From an uncultured Clostridia bacterium (GTDB lineage: Bacteria; Bacillota; Clostridia; Christensenellales; CAG-314), in NCBI GenBank assembly GCA_947630425.1, contig CANRHN010000003.1:2824-66823 (forward strand): a stretch of DNA of 64,000 nucleotides, in the 5' to 3' direction. The position numbers and the translations under genes were made by a program. Below, one piece after another: positions 27,670-37,539 of the stretch (the first letter of the stretch is position 1; each line of letters starts with the position of its first letter). The notes beneath the pieces are model-generated. The model made no database searches. It was not told the DNA's origin and worked only from the letters and a program-made list of their open reading frames with translations.

Positions 27670-27833
27670 TTTTCGGAGTGTGAGTAGAAGAGGCTTCGCC
27701 TTTTAGGCGCATACGCGCACTCGCACACCGGACGAAGGGGTGGGGGTTGCGGTGGTGAAAAACACAGTGTGCGCTGTGTGCATAGCTGTCTTTGAGGCGC
27801 AAGCTCAAGCAACAAAATTGGTGATAGCAAAAC

Positions 27834-27863
27834 TTGACTTTGCTTTTTTCAGAGGTGTATAAT
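27834..27863 (+). promoter_or_regulatory. Putative promoter of the RND-cls operon
   Basis: TTGACT (27834-27839), 18 nt, TATAAT (27858-27863). Confidence 0.6.
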
Positions 27864-27933
27864 ATAATTGTAAGAAAAGTTGCAATGGGCAAGATCCATT
27901 GCGGCTGAAAAGAGTTTCTCATAGGGGTGAAGT

Positions 27934-30900
27934 GTGAATTCTCTCATCAAAACATCTATCAAACGGACGGTAACGGTGTGCGTGCTGGTAATTGTGTTGA
28001 TGGCTGCGGGCGTGCTGGCAACGCTCGACATGCCTACCAACCTGTTGCCCAACATCAAGCTGCCCATGGTAGGAATTTCCGTGGTGTACCCCGGTGCAAG
28101 CGCGCAAAGCGTGGAAAACGGCGTAACCGATCCGTTGCAAAGGGCGTTGCAAACGGTTTCCGGCATTACCGAGCTGCAAACAACCTCTTACGACAACGTT
28201 TCCGTTGCCATTCTCACCTTCGACTACGGCACAGACATCGACGAAAAAATTTCCGACATCGAGGACGCTTTTGCCTCCGTTTCTCTTCCCGAAGGCTGTC
28301 AGACTCCCGCCTACACCAAAATAGACATGAACGGCACTGCAACGGCAACTGTCGCCCTCTACAATTCGGCAAACGACTTGGACGCGCTTGCCGCCGACGC
28401 CGACGCGCTTGCCGCGCAACTTAAGGGCATAGAGGGCGTTGGCTCTGTCAACGTTCTCGGCACTCCCGAAAAGCAGCTGCGTATCACCGCGCTCGACGGG
28501 CTGGATCTGACGGCGCTGCTCATTGTGCAGGCGCTTTCAAGCGAAAACCTCAACATTCCGCTCGGCTCGATAATGCAGGACGGCACGACCGTTTCCATTC
28601 GCAACGCTTCCGACGCAACAAGCGTGTTGGACGTGATGCGCTTGCCCGTACAGTTGAGCTTGGGCAGCGAAATGTTTTTGCGGCTCAACAACGCCAAAAC
28701 ATTGCTGCAGGTGATGGAAAACAGCACCTACAATCAGCTCGGTCAGCTTTACACGCTGTATGCCGTGTTGCCTTTGTTCGATCCGCAAAACAGCAAAACG
28801 GACGAGGAATTGGCAAACACGGTTTCCGGCTCGGCGTTTGTACCCCAAAACGCCAAAGCTCTCATCACGCCGCAGCTTGTTCACCTTATGCGTTCGGGCA
28901 ACTTTTACTCGGCGGCAGACCCGAGCGAGCCCGAAGGCGTGGATAACATCTCGTCGGAGTGCGTTTTGGGCAAGGTGCTTGCCGTAAAAAGGGCGCACGT
29001 AAACGCAGACGGCGACCCCGTGTACAGCGGCAACAGGGATGTCGTTGTCACCGTCAACGAACAAGGCAAGCGCACGGCAAAATTCGGCGAAAGGGAAATT
29101 CTCGTTGACAGCTTCGGCTACCTTGTAGACGAAAACGGCAACCCCGTCAACGAGCAGGGGGAAATTTTGACCCTGACCGACGACGAAATCGCCCAAAGGT
29201 ACAACGAGTACGGCAGCTACACTGTGCTTGACGACGCCGAGGCGGTGGAGCTGTGCAACGCGCTCGGTCTGAACGACGGTTTGGGTATCGACGTCACGCA
29301 GGACATTGTGCGCTTTGTGCGTACCTGCAGCTTCGGCGGCAAAGAAACGCCCGTTTTGGACGAGAACGGCGCAGACACGGGAGAAACTCAACTTGTCTTT
29401 CCCGAAAGCATTGTTGTGCCCCTTGCATATATCGGGCGCGTGGAGCTAAGAGACAATTCCTTGGCATACGCCGAGTACAACGGACTTGCCGCCGTCACGA
29501 TAGAGGTCTACGCCGTTGCCGACGCCAACACCACCGACGTGGTGGAAGCGGTAAACAAAATCATTGACAAAACAAGCTCGTCGAGCAAGGTGCTGTTGTT
29601 GGACGACAAGGCGCAGTTCATCAACGACAGCATAGGCAACGTGCTTAGCAGTATCATCATCGGCGGAGTGCTGGCTGTGTTGGTGATATACCTGTTTGTG
29701 CGCAAGGTGGGTTCGTCGCTTGTTGTAAGCATCACAATGCCGCTGTCGGTGTTGGTTGCGCTTTGCGGACTGTGGGTGATGAACATCAGCCTCAATCTGG
29801 TGTCTCTCGGCGGACTTGCCGTGGGTATCGGAATGCTAGTCGACAACAGCATAGTGGTGTTGGAAAGCATCACCAAACGGCGGGACAGGGGCGAAAGCGT
29901 TTACGACGCGTGTTTGAACGGCACAAAGGAAGTGGCGGGCAGTCTGTTTGCGTCCACATTGACAAACGTGTGCGTGTTTTTCCCCATTTTGTTCGTCAAG
30001 GGCTTGACGAAGGAAATTTTTTACGACCTTGTGTGGGCGGTGCTGTTCTCCATTGTGATGTCCCTCATTGTGGCTGTCACCGTGATACCGTCCCTTTACC
30101 ACCTCATCTACCGCAAAGGACCTCGCAAACGCTACAAGAAAAACCCCGACGGCACGCGTACGGAAATTGCTTCTTACGAAGAAAGAGAACCTCGTCTGCG
30201 CACCCCCGAAAGCACTCCCGAAGCTTGCGCTCAAACGGTTGCCGAAAACGGCAAAGCCAAACGCAAGGCGCGCGCTCCCAAAAACAAGCTTACCATCAGC
30301 CGCATGGAAAGCGGCTACGGCAAGGTGCTTTCCAAGCTGCTCACCAAACGCGTGTTGGTGTGCGCGGTTGCGCTTGCGGTGTTCGGCTTGAGCATAGGCT
30401 TGGTGTTTACCACGGGAACGGAATTTTTGCCGAGCGTAGACAAAGGCGTCATAGAGGTAGATGTCGATTTTGACACGTCAACGACCCTTGCCGACGCGCA
30501 GGCTGCGGGCAAAACGGTTGCCGACGCCATTCGCGAGCATTACGGCGACAAATTACAGTACGTGTCCGTCACTGTGGGCGAGCAGGGCTTGCTTGCAACG
30601 AGCAACAGCGCGGTGATACGTATTCGCACCACAAAGCAGCTCAAAACCGCCCAAACGGTGCAGGAAATACGCAAACTTGTTGCCTCAAAGGACATTGCGG
30701 CAAAGAGCGTCACCGTGCGGGAAATGGACGGCGTGGTTGCCGAGGTGACGGGCGGAATGTCCGGACAATCGGTGCAATTGTTGGGTAACGACCCCGAAGC
30801 GTTACGCCTTGCCGCCGCCAAGGTGCGAGAGGAGCTGCTCAAAACCGACCCCGCGCACATCGTTTCGGCGGTAGACAACACCCCCGCAATGAACACAGAG

Positions 30901-31902
30901 TACTCGTTGAGCTTCGACCGCATGTTGTGTGCGGAACGGGGCGTGGACTACCAAACGGCGGTGATGCTGTTGCGCGTGGGTTTGAGCGGCTACACTGCGG
31001 CAAACATCGAATTGGATAGCAAACAGCTTGCCGTTACCGTGCAGTTGGAGGAAGCGGAAGCCATGGACCGCGTTTGCAACATCGTGGTGGGCTTCGGTCC
31101 GGACGGAGCGGTCAAGCTGAAGGACGTGCTTAAGCGTGCGCCCGACGGAGCTTTGTACACCGCAAACGTCGTTGCCTCTTCCATACACAAACAAAACGGC
31201 AAGTATGCAACCTCGGTGGATTTGGAAATTTACGACATAGACAGCGGCTCTGCCGGAAAGCTGATAAAAAAGACCGTCAACAATGTGTTGAAGGATTTTG
31301 ACGGCGTGGAGTACGTTGAGGGCGGCGTTTCGAGCTACCTCAACGACGCGTTCGACGGTTTGGTTGTTGCGCTCGTTGTGGCGTTTGTGCTGCTTTACAG
31401 CGTGATGGCTTGTCAATTTGAAAGCCTTGTCAAGCCCTTCATCGTCATCATGTCCATACCCTTCAGCTTTACGGGCGGTTTTCTCGCGCTTGCGATTTGC
31501 GGCGTTACGCTCAACGTTGTGTCCTTTGTGGGACTGATAATGCTTATGGGCGTCATTGTCAACGGCGCAATCGTCATGATAGACAAAATCGACTCCCTGA
31601 TTGCCGAAGGAATGACTCCGCAGCAAGCGGTGGTGGAAGGGTGCAAATCCCGTCTGCGCCCGATACTTATGACCACGCTTACCACGGTGCTTGCGCTTGT
31701 GCCCCTTGCTCTCGGGCTGGGCAACGGCGGAGAGTTGATGCAGCCCATGGGAATTGTGGTGCTGGGCGGCTTGCTGTTGGGTACAACGGTGACGTTGGGG
31801 CTCATTCCCTGTTTCTACTGCCTTGTAAAGCGTATTCGCTTTGACAAGGCAAAGGTGGAGCAACAAGACTCGAGAGGTGACAATGAAGAAAAAATATCGT
31901 AG
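27934..31902 (+). CDS. RND-superfamily efflux transporter permease (AcrB/HAE1-like) with enlarged first extracytoplasmic loop
   Basis: 1322 aa. The N-terminus (TVTVCVLVIVLMAAGVLATLDMPTNLLPNIKLPMVGISVVYPGASAQSVENGVTDPLQ) and the two 5-6-helix TM bundles are typical of the AcrB family. GTG start. Confidence 0.88.
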   Translation: MNSLIKTSIKRTVTVCVLVIVLMAAGVLATLDMPTNLLPNIKLPMVGISVVYPGASAQSVENGVTDPLQRALQTVSGITELQTTSYDNVSVAILTFDYGTDIDEKISDIEDAFASVSLPEGCQTPAYTKIDMNGTATATVALYNSANDLDALAADADALAAQLKGIEGVGSVNVLGTPEKQLRITALDGLDLTALLIVQALSSENLNIPLGSIMQDGTTVSIRNASDATSVLDVMRLPVQLSLGSEMFLRLNNAKTLLQVMENSTYNQLGQLYTLYAVLPLFDPQNSKTDEELANTVSGSAFVPQNAKALITPQLVHLMRSGNFYSAADPSEPEGVDNISSECVLGKVLAVKRAHVNADGDPVYSGNRDVVVTVNEQGKRTAKFGEREILVDSFGYLVDENGNPVNEQGEILTLTDDEIAQRYNEYGSYTVLDDAEAVELCNALGLNDGLGIDVTQDIVRFVRTCSFGGKETPVLDENGADTGETQLVFPESIVVPLAYIGRVELRDNSLAYAEYNGLAAVTIEVYAVADANTTDVVEAVNKIIDKTSSSSKVLLLDDKAQFINDSIGNVLSSIIIGGVLAVLVIYLFVRKVGSSLVVSITMPLSVLVALCGLWVMNISLNLVSLGGLAVGIGMLVDNSIVVLESITKRRDRGESVYDACLNGTKEVAGSLFASTLTNVCVFFPILFVKGLTKEIFYDLVWAVLFSIVMSLIVAVTVIPSLYHLIYRKGPRKRYKKNPDGTRTEIASYEEREPRLRTPESTPEACAQTVAENGKAKRKARAPKNKLTISRMESGYGKVLSKLLTKRVLVCAVALAVFGLSIGLVFTTGTEFLPSVDKGVIEVDVDFDTSTTLADAQAAGKTVADAIREHYGDKLQYVSVTVGEQGLLATSNSAVIRIRTTKQLKTAQTVQEIRKLVASKDIAAKSVTVREMDGVVAEVTGGMSGQSVQLLGNDPEALRLAAAKVREELLKTDPAHIVSAVDNTPAMNTEYSLSFDRMLCAERGVDYQTAVMLLRVGLSGYTAANIELDSKQLAVTVQLEEAEAMDRVCNIVVGFGPDGAVKLKDVLKRAPDGALYTANVVASSIHKQNGKYATSVDLEIYDIDSGSAGKLIKKTVNNVLKDFDGVEYVEGGVSSYLNDAFDGLVVALVVAFVLLYSVMACQFESLVKPFIVIMSIPFSFTGGFLALAICGVTLNVVSFVGLIMLMGVIVNGAIVMIDKIDSLIAEGMTPQQAVVEGCKSRLRPILMTTLTTVLALVPLALGLGNGGELMQPMGIVVLGGLLLGTTVTLGLIPCFYCLVKRIRFDKAKVEQQDSRGDNEEKIS

Positions 31903-33421
31903 CTACATGCCGCTGCGCTTTGTGCTGAACATGCTGCTGATTTTGATAGAAACGGCGTTGGTGATGACAATTGTGGTACTCATCTCCATTCGCAACCAAT
32001 ATTCTTTCATTGCGGAGCTTGTCACGCAGCTGGTGGTTGCCGTCGTCATCATTGCAAGCAACGACAACCCCGACTACAAAGTGCCTTGGGTGTTTTTTGT
32101 GCTGGTGCTGCCCGTTATAGGGTTTATGTTTTACTTTATGTTCTACTCGCGCAGACTCAGCCCCATGCAAAGGCGCAGACTGCGGCAGTTTTGGAGTGAC
32201 GAAGGCAATTTGAAGGACAGCCCCGACTGCATGCGTTTGCAGGCGGAAAGCGAGGAGGCATATTCGCAGGCGCTTTTGCTCAAAAAACTTTCCAAGGCGC
32301 ACATCTACACGGATACCGTCGTTACCTACTTTCCCCTCGGCGACAAGCTCTTTCCCGCGTTGCTGGAGGACCTCAAAAGGGCGCAAAGCTTCATCTTTTT
32401 GGAGTTTTTCATAATTCAACAGGGAGAAATGTGGAACGCCATATTGGACGTTCTCAAACAAAAGGCAAGTCAGGGCGTGGACGTGAGGGTGGCTTACGAC
32501 GACATCGGTTGTATGCGCACTCTGCCCGGCGACTACTTCAAACGCCTGAACAAAATGGGCGTCAAATGCGTCACGTTTGCTCGGCTGCGCGCTCAAGCCA
32601 ACAACAAATTCAACAACCGCAACCACCGCAAAATTGCCGTCATAGACGGCAGAGTGGGCTACACGGGCGGCATTAACCTTGCGGACGAGTATATAAACAG
32701 GCGCAGACGTTTCGGGCATTGGAAGGACGTGGGCGTGCGTCTGGAAGGCAACGCCGTCAACGAATTGACGCGTTTGTTCCTTGCCGACTACCTTTCCAAC
32801 GCGCCCGCCAAGCAGGCCTCCAAGGAAAACGCCGAACGGTTTTTCCTGACGGAGGAACGTCCCACGCGCGAGGGGTACGTTGTTCCCTTCGGCGACGGAC
32901 CCAAGCCCATCTACGACAGACAGGTAGTCAAGCTTGCCATTATGAATTTGCTCGGGCAAGCCAAAAATCACGTGTACATGATGACGCCTTACCTTATCAT
33001 AGACAACGAGCTGACGCAGGCGATAGAAAACGCCGCCCTGCGCGGTGTGGACGTCAAGCTGATAACTCCGCACATTCCCGACAAAAAATTGGTGTTTACA
33101 ATGACGCGCAGCTACTACAAAAGACTGATGAACGCCGGCGTGAGCATTTACGAGTACACGCCGGGGTTTGTACACGCAAAAATGTACCTTGCCGACGGCG
33201 AAACGGCTATGATCGGCACTGCCAATCTCGACTACAGGTCGCTTGTTCACCATTTTGAAAACGTGGTGTGGATGTTCAGAGTGCCCGCCATTGCGGACAT
33301 GGAGTCGGATTTTGCCGATACGCTCGACAAGTGTACGGAAGTGGACGAGGAAATGGCGGCGCAGCATTTGCCCGGCAGGTTCGTCCGAGCCATTGTAAAG
33401 ATATTTGCGCCATTGCTGTAA
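31883..33421 (+). CDS. cls: Cardiolipin synthase (PLD superfamily)
   Basis: Two HKD motifs (NHRKIAVIDGRVGYTGGINLADEY and FVHAKMYLADGETAMIGTANLDYRS) and N-terminal TM helices. ATG at 31883 (MKKKYRSY) after GAGAGG. Overlaps the RND gene end by 20 nt. Confidence 0.9.
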   Translation: MKKKYRSYMPLRFVLNMLLILIETALVMTIVVLISIRNQYSFIAELVTQLVVAVVIIASNDNPDYKVPWVFFVLVLPVIGFMFYFMFYSRRLSPMQRRRLRQFWSDEGNLKDSPDCMRLQAESEEAYSQALLLKKLSKAHIYTDTVVTYFPLGDKLFPALLEDLKRAQSFIFLEFFIIQQGEMWNAILDVLKQKASQGVDVRVAYDDIGCMRTLPGDYFKRLNKMGVKCVTFARLRAQANNKFNNRNHRKIAVIDGRVGYTGGINLADEYINRRRRFGHWKDVGVRLEGNAVNELTRLFLADYLSNAPAKQASKENAERFFLTEERPTREGYVVPFGDGPKPIYDRQVVKLAIMNLLGQAKNHVYMMTPYLIIDNELTQAIENAALRGVDVKLITPHIPDKKLVFTMTRSYYKRLMNAGVSIYEYTPGFVHAKMYLADGETAMIGTANLDYRSLVHHFENVVWMFRVPAIADMESDFADTLDKCTEVDEEMAAQHLPGRFVRAIVKIFAPLL

Positions 33422-33637
33422 CGCTGACGCTTCCGACCAAACGTGTGTCGCTCGGGCAACTCCGTGAAAAAAGGGCTTCGCTCACACCTCGCGCCCTTTA
33501 GTCGTGGAACATAAAAGACTTTGCGCGAGGTGTTCGTTGCAGATTATTTTTCACGGAGTACCCTCGCTCCTTGGTATATAAGGTTTGGGTGTACCACTTC
33601 GTAGGAGTGTATAGCAATTTTACAGCTGTTCCAAAAG

Positions 33638-33696
33638 CCTTCTCTTGAGGACGCAAGAGAAGGGGGACCGCCGAACGGCGGTGGATGAGTTTCGAC
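33638..33696 (+). repeat. Core module, short form
   Basis: CCTTCTCTTGAGGACGCAAGAGAAGGGGGACCGCCGAACGGCGGTGGATGAGTTTCGAC. Confidence 0.92.
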
Positions 33697-33794
33697 ACAA
33701 AATAAATATTTCGTCCCTTTTCCCCTTCGGGGACTTCCCCTCTCGAAGGGGAAGCTATAATTTCCTGATAGCAAGCTAACAGCTGTTCTAAAAG

Positions 33795-33853
33795 CCTTCT
33801 CTTGAGGACGCAAGAGAAGGGGGACCGCCGAACGGCGGTGGATGAGTTTCGAC
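33795..33853 (+). repeat. Core module, short form
   Basis: Identical 59-nt sequence to 33638-33696. Confidence 0.92.
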
Positions 33854-33885
33854 TCAAAGGGACGAAGTGAGAGTATTTCGCAAAA

Positions 33886-34020
33886 GGGGACCCCAACGAG
33901 TTGAGTATAACGAAACTTGTTGGGGAGAGGAACAGCCGACTGTTAGCGGAACCGACCGAGCATTGCGCGAGGTTGGTACTATCGAGGGAAAGCTGTGACG
34001 AGCGGTGGATGAGTTTCGAC
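33886..34020 (+). repeat. Long-form insert plus tail (lacks HP2 and the left HP1 arm)
   Basis: GGGGACCCCAACGAGTTGAGTATAACGAAACTTGTTGGGGAGAGGAACAGCCGAC...GTGACGAGCGGTGGATGAGTTTCGAC. Confidence 0.9.
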
Positions 34021-34137
34021 ACACAGGAGCTTCCCCTCGATGGTTGAATAGAGACGAAACGTCCGTCTCCGCGCGCGAAAATTCCGAGTTTGTTTTGACA
34101 GCTTGTTTCTTAACATATTCTGCAACTGCATACAAAG

Positions 34138-34193
34138 CCTTCTCTTGAGGACGCAAGAGAAGGGGGACCGCGACGCGGTGGATGAGTTTCGAC
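34138..34193 (+). repeat. Core module, short form with variant HP1 (ACCGC-GAC-GCGGT)
   Basis: CCTTCTCTTGAGGACGCAAGAGAAGGGGGACCGCGACGCGGTGGATGAGTTTCGAC. Confidence 0.9.
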
Positions 34194-34492
34194 ACAAAGG
34201 AGCTTCCCCACGAGAATGGAAGTCTCGCAAATGGGTTTCCTGCGCCCCGGGGGAGGACCGCAACGCTCGGTACACGCCCGAGGTTGCGGGAAATTAGTTT
34301 GAATTTTCGACCACATGCGGGGCGGTAAACGTTATTTTTGTGCAAAAGTGCAAAAAAGTATTGAAAATTATTGGATTTTGTAGTATTGTATTACTGACAT
34401 AATATATAAGGGGAGTTTGCCCGTTTTTCCTTTTTTGCGCGAAAAACTCGGCATGGCGGCAAAACGCCCTTCCCCGTTGCAAAGGAGCAGCA

Positions 34493-36046
34493 ATGAACAA
34501 TTTTCCCAAATGGCTGAACACGGCAGTTTTTTATCAGGTGTACCCGCAAAGCTTTTGCGACGGCAACGGCGACGGTATAGGAGACCTGAACGGGCTTGTT
34601 TCCGAGCTTGACTACATCTCGAACACGGGCTTCAATGCAATCTGGCTCAACCCCTGCTTCGATTCTCCCTTCAAGGACGCAGGGTACGACGTCAAAAACT
34701 ACTTTAAGGTTGCGCCGCGCTATGGCACAAACGACGACCTTGTGCGGCTTTTCAAGGAAGCGCACAATCGCGGCATGCACGTAATTTTGGACCTTGTGCC
34801 CGGACACACCTCCGACAAATGCCGTTGGTTCAAGCAGAGCGCAAAGCCAACGCGCAACAGGTACAGCGACCGCTACATTTGGACCAACAGCGGCTGGGCG
34901 CGTCCCGAGGGCTACAATTGGGTGACGGGCAACGCCGACCGTAACGGCACGTACATGCTCAATTTCTTTCTCAATCAGCCCGCCTTGAACTACGGCTTCA
35001 ATGTGGTAACAGACCCCGATTGGCAAATTTCCTACCGAGACAAGCGCGTCAAGCCCACTCTGGAAGCCATGAAAAAGGTTATGCGCTTTTGGCTGGACAA
35101 GGGCGCGGACGGCTTCCGCGTAGACATGGCGGACAGCCTTGTCAAAAACGACCCCGACAAAACGGCGACGGCTTGGCTGTGGCGCAAGGTTCGCGCAATG
35201 CTTGACAGACACTACCCCGAAGCGGTGTTGGTTTCCGAGTGGTGCAACGCGCCCGTTGCCATCAACAAGGCAAGGTTTCACTGCGACTTTTTGCTCAATC
35301 ACGGAAACAAGCTGACGGACTACGCCTTTTACAAGCGGGACAAAGAGGGCAAAAGCACGGCTTACTTTTGCAAAACGGCGCACGTTTCGGCTAAAAACAT
35401 GTTGAGCGTTTACCTTCGCGAGTTGAACCAAACGCGCAACAACGGCTATATCAGCGTGATAAGCGGCAATCACGACGTGGAACGACTGAGCTACTTTTTG
35501 GACGACAGCGAAAGGCGCGTTGCGTTTGCGTTTTTGCTTACGTTGCCCGGTGTGCCCTTTGTGTACTACGGCGACGAGATAGGCATGCGTTACATTCCGC
35601 AGCAATCCAAGGAAGGCGGTTTTCACCGCACGGGAAGCAGAACCCCGATGCAGTGGGACGACGCTCTGCCCAACATGGGCTTTTCCACGGCAAAGGCAAA
35701 CAAGCTGTACCTCGATGTAGACAGAACTCCCGACGCGCCCTCTGCGGCTGGGCAAATGCGGGACAAGTCCTCTCTTTGGAACGAGGTCCACACCTTGTTG
35801 GAGCTTCGCCGCACTCAAACGGATCTGCAGTCCGACGGAGAATTGGAAGTGACGGAGTGCGGTGAGAACGGCGTTTTGTGTTACCGCCGCGGACAACATA
35901 CCTATGTTGCAATCAACCCGACGGACGAGGAGAGGAAACTTTCCGACGTTGTGGGCAGCAAACGACTGTTTGAAATCGGACGCGCAACGGACGGCGACGG
36001 CTTTGCCTTGCTTGCGCCCCAAACGGTTGTCGTTTTTGAAAAATAA
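34493..36046 (+). CDS. GH13 alpha-amylase family enzyme (alpha-glucosidase/oligo-1,6-glucosidase-like)
   Basis: 517 aa. YQVYPQSFCDGNGDGIGDLNG, DLVPGHTS, GFRVDMADS, VSEW and SGNHDVERL are GH13 regions. Confidence 0.85.
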   Translation: MNNFPKWLNTAVFYQVYPQSFCDGNGDGIGDLNGLVSELDYISNTGFNAIWLNPCFDSPFKDAGYDVKNYFKVAPRYGTNDDLVRLFKEAHNRGMHVILDLVPGHTSDKCRWFKQSAKPTRNRYSDRYIWTNSGWARPEGYNWVTGNADRNGTYMLNFFLNQPALNYGFNVVTDPDWQISYRDKRVKPTLEAMKKVMRFWLDKGADGFRVDMADSLVKNDPDKTATAWLWRKVRAMLDRHYPEAVLVSEWCNAPVAINKARFHCDFLLNHGNKLTDYAFYKRDKEGKSTAYFCKTAHVSAKNMLSVYLRELNQTRNNGYISVISGNHDVERLSYFLDDSERRVAFAFLLTLPGVPFVYYGDEIGMRYIPQQSKEGGFHRTGSRTPMQWDDALPNMGFSTAKANKLYLDVDRTPDAPSAAGQMRDKSSLWNEVHTLLELRRTQTDLQSDGELEVTECGENGVLCYRRGQHTYVAINPTDEERKLSDVVGSKRLFEIGRATDGDGFALLAPQTVVVFEK

Positions 36047-36055
36047 GGAGGAAGC

Positions 36056-36904
36056 ATGAGTAACAAACCAATCGTTGCGCTTATATACGACTTCGACAAC
36101 ACCCTTTCCACGCGCGATATGCAGGAATTTACCTTCATTCCCGCGTTGGGAATGTCTCCGCAGGAATTTTGGTCCAAGTGCGACCAAATTTCGCACGAAC
36201 GCAGCATGGACCATATTTTGGCGTACATGTACCTTATGGCGCAAAAAGCGCGGGAAAAGGGCATAAGCATCACGCCGGAGGCATTGCGCGCCATGGGCAA
36301 GGACGTTCAGTTTTTCGACGGAGTGGAAACTTGGTTCAAACGCATAAACGATTTTGGCGCAAGCGTCGGGCTGGAGGTGCGGCACTATATCATCTCTTGC
36401 GGACTTAAGGCAATGATAGAGGGCTGCCCGATCGGTCATGAGTTTTACAACATCTTTGCCTGCGACTACGTATACGACGAAAACGGTCAGGTGATGTGGC
36501 CCGGCGTTGCCATCAACTACACAAGCAAAACGCAATTTCTTTACCGCATAAACAAGGGCGTAGAGGACGTGGGCGAACACAAAAAGCTCAACATGTACAT
36601 GCCCGCAGGCGAACGCGTTGTGCCCTTTGAAAACATGATCTACATCGGCGACGGACTTACCGACGTGCCCAGCATGAAGCTTACGCGCAGTCGCGGAGGC
36701 TATGCCGTGGGCGTTTACCGCAACCCCGAGGACGCCACCTACCTTGTAAAAGAAGATCGCGTGGATTTCTATGTGGAAGGCAACTACACCGAAAACAGCG
36801 CAATGGACGTGGCAATCAAGGCGATATTGAACCGTATCAGCGCGCGTATTCGCTTCAAAGAGCTGTCGGAAAACAGCTACAAATCGGCAATAACCAAGAA
36901 GTAG
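36056..36904 (+). CDS. HAD-superfamily hydrolase
   Basis: 282 aa. Motif I YDFDNTL near the N-terminus and motif IV-like YIGDGLTDVP. 9 nt downstream of the GH13 gene. Confidence 0.75.
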   Translation: MSNKPIVALIYDFDNTLSTRDMQEFTFIPALGMSPQEFWSKCDQISHERSMDHILAYMYLMAQKAREKGISITPEALRAMGKDVQFFDGVETWFKRINDFGASVGLEVRHYIISCGLKAMIEGCPIGHEFYNIFACDYVYDENGQVMWPGVAINYTSKTQFLYRINKGVEDVGEHKKLNMYMPAGERVVPFENMIYIGDGLTDVPSMKLTRSRGGYAVGVYRNPEDATYLVKEDRVDFYVEGNYTENSAMDVAIKAILNRISARIRFKELSENSYKSAITKK

Positions 36905-37285
36905 CCCAAACCGCAAAAAAAACACCCTCGACCTTGTTCAACAGGGAGCGAGGGTGTTCGCATACAAAACGATCCGGAATATCGGGCATGTCGAAACTCA
37001 TCCACCGCTCGTCACAGCTTTCCCTCGATAGCACCAACCTCGCACAAGGCTCGGTCGGTTCCGCTATCGGTCGGCTGTTCCTCTCCCCAACAAGTTTCGT
37101 TATACTCAACTCGTTGGGGTCCCCGTTATAGCCCCCTTCTCTTGCGTCCTCAAGAGAAGGCTTGGTATGCAGTTGCAGAATATGTTAAGAAACAAGCTGT
37201 CAAAACAAACTCGGTATTTTCGCGCGCGGAGACGGACGTTTCGTCCGTAGTAGCGGGAAAAGCGAAAATTCCGTCTGCAATCGCG
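36905..37285 (-). repeat. Mosaic repeat block RB5
   Basis: Hairpin AACACCCTCG...CGAGGGTGTT with an A8/T8 run, a long-form core module at 36990-37160 (-), and GACGAAACGTCCGTCTCCGCGCGCGAAAATACCGAG in reverse orientation. Confidence 0.9.
36990..37160 (-). repeat. Core module, long form
   Basis: GTCGAAACTCATCCACCGC, then the insert, then CCTTCTCTTGCGTCCTCAAGAGAAGG read on the + strand. Confidence 0.9.
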
Positions 37286-37539
37286 GGCGTGTACCGAGAT
37301 TGCAGCCAAACTTGGGGGTGCTGGGGCAAGACCCCCAGCTAAGTCTAAAAAATGAAGCCGCGTGCAGCGGCTTCCTTAGTAGTCCGACCGAGGCGGCGCA
37401 ACGCGCCCGTAGGGTCACGATGGCGCAGACACCAAGCACAGAGGTGTCTGCCCCTTTTTATTGAAAAATTTTCTAAATAGCTTCTATTTCTTTTCTTGAG
37501 GAGTGTCAAGTCCATCCGACCGCCTCGCGTTTGGTCGGA
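37286..37539 (-). repeat. Right copy of the perfect 254-bp inverted repeat (includes an orphan 34-nt copy of the patB 3-prime end)
   Basis: The reverse complement is identical to 24509-24762. The spurious ORF 37506..37733 (-) ends in PTKREAVGWT exactly like patB. Confidence 0.9.
37347..37374 (-). terminator. Terminator copy within the right inverted repeat
   Basis: Reverse complement of the 24674-24701 hairpin plus T-run. Confidence 0.7.

Larger units (their letters stand above)
33432..34290 (+). repeat. Mosaic repeat block RB4 (gene-free, four tandem core modules)
   Basis: Starts with TCCGACCAAA 10 nt after the cls stop. Carries the GTTGCAGATT... motif at 33536-33571 and core-module tails ending at 33696, 33853, 34020 and 34193. 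Confidence 0.9.

Noticed and set aside
27425-27922. 165-aa minus-strand ORF spanning the tandem repeats
   Set aside because: The translation is repeat-driven nonsense (FIFIFIL..., LLRFCF...). The 11-nt period is incompatible with a coding repeat, and the ORF overlaps the RND promoter.
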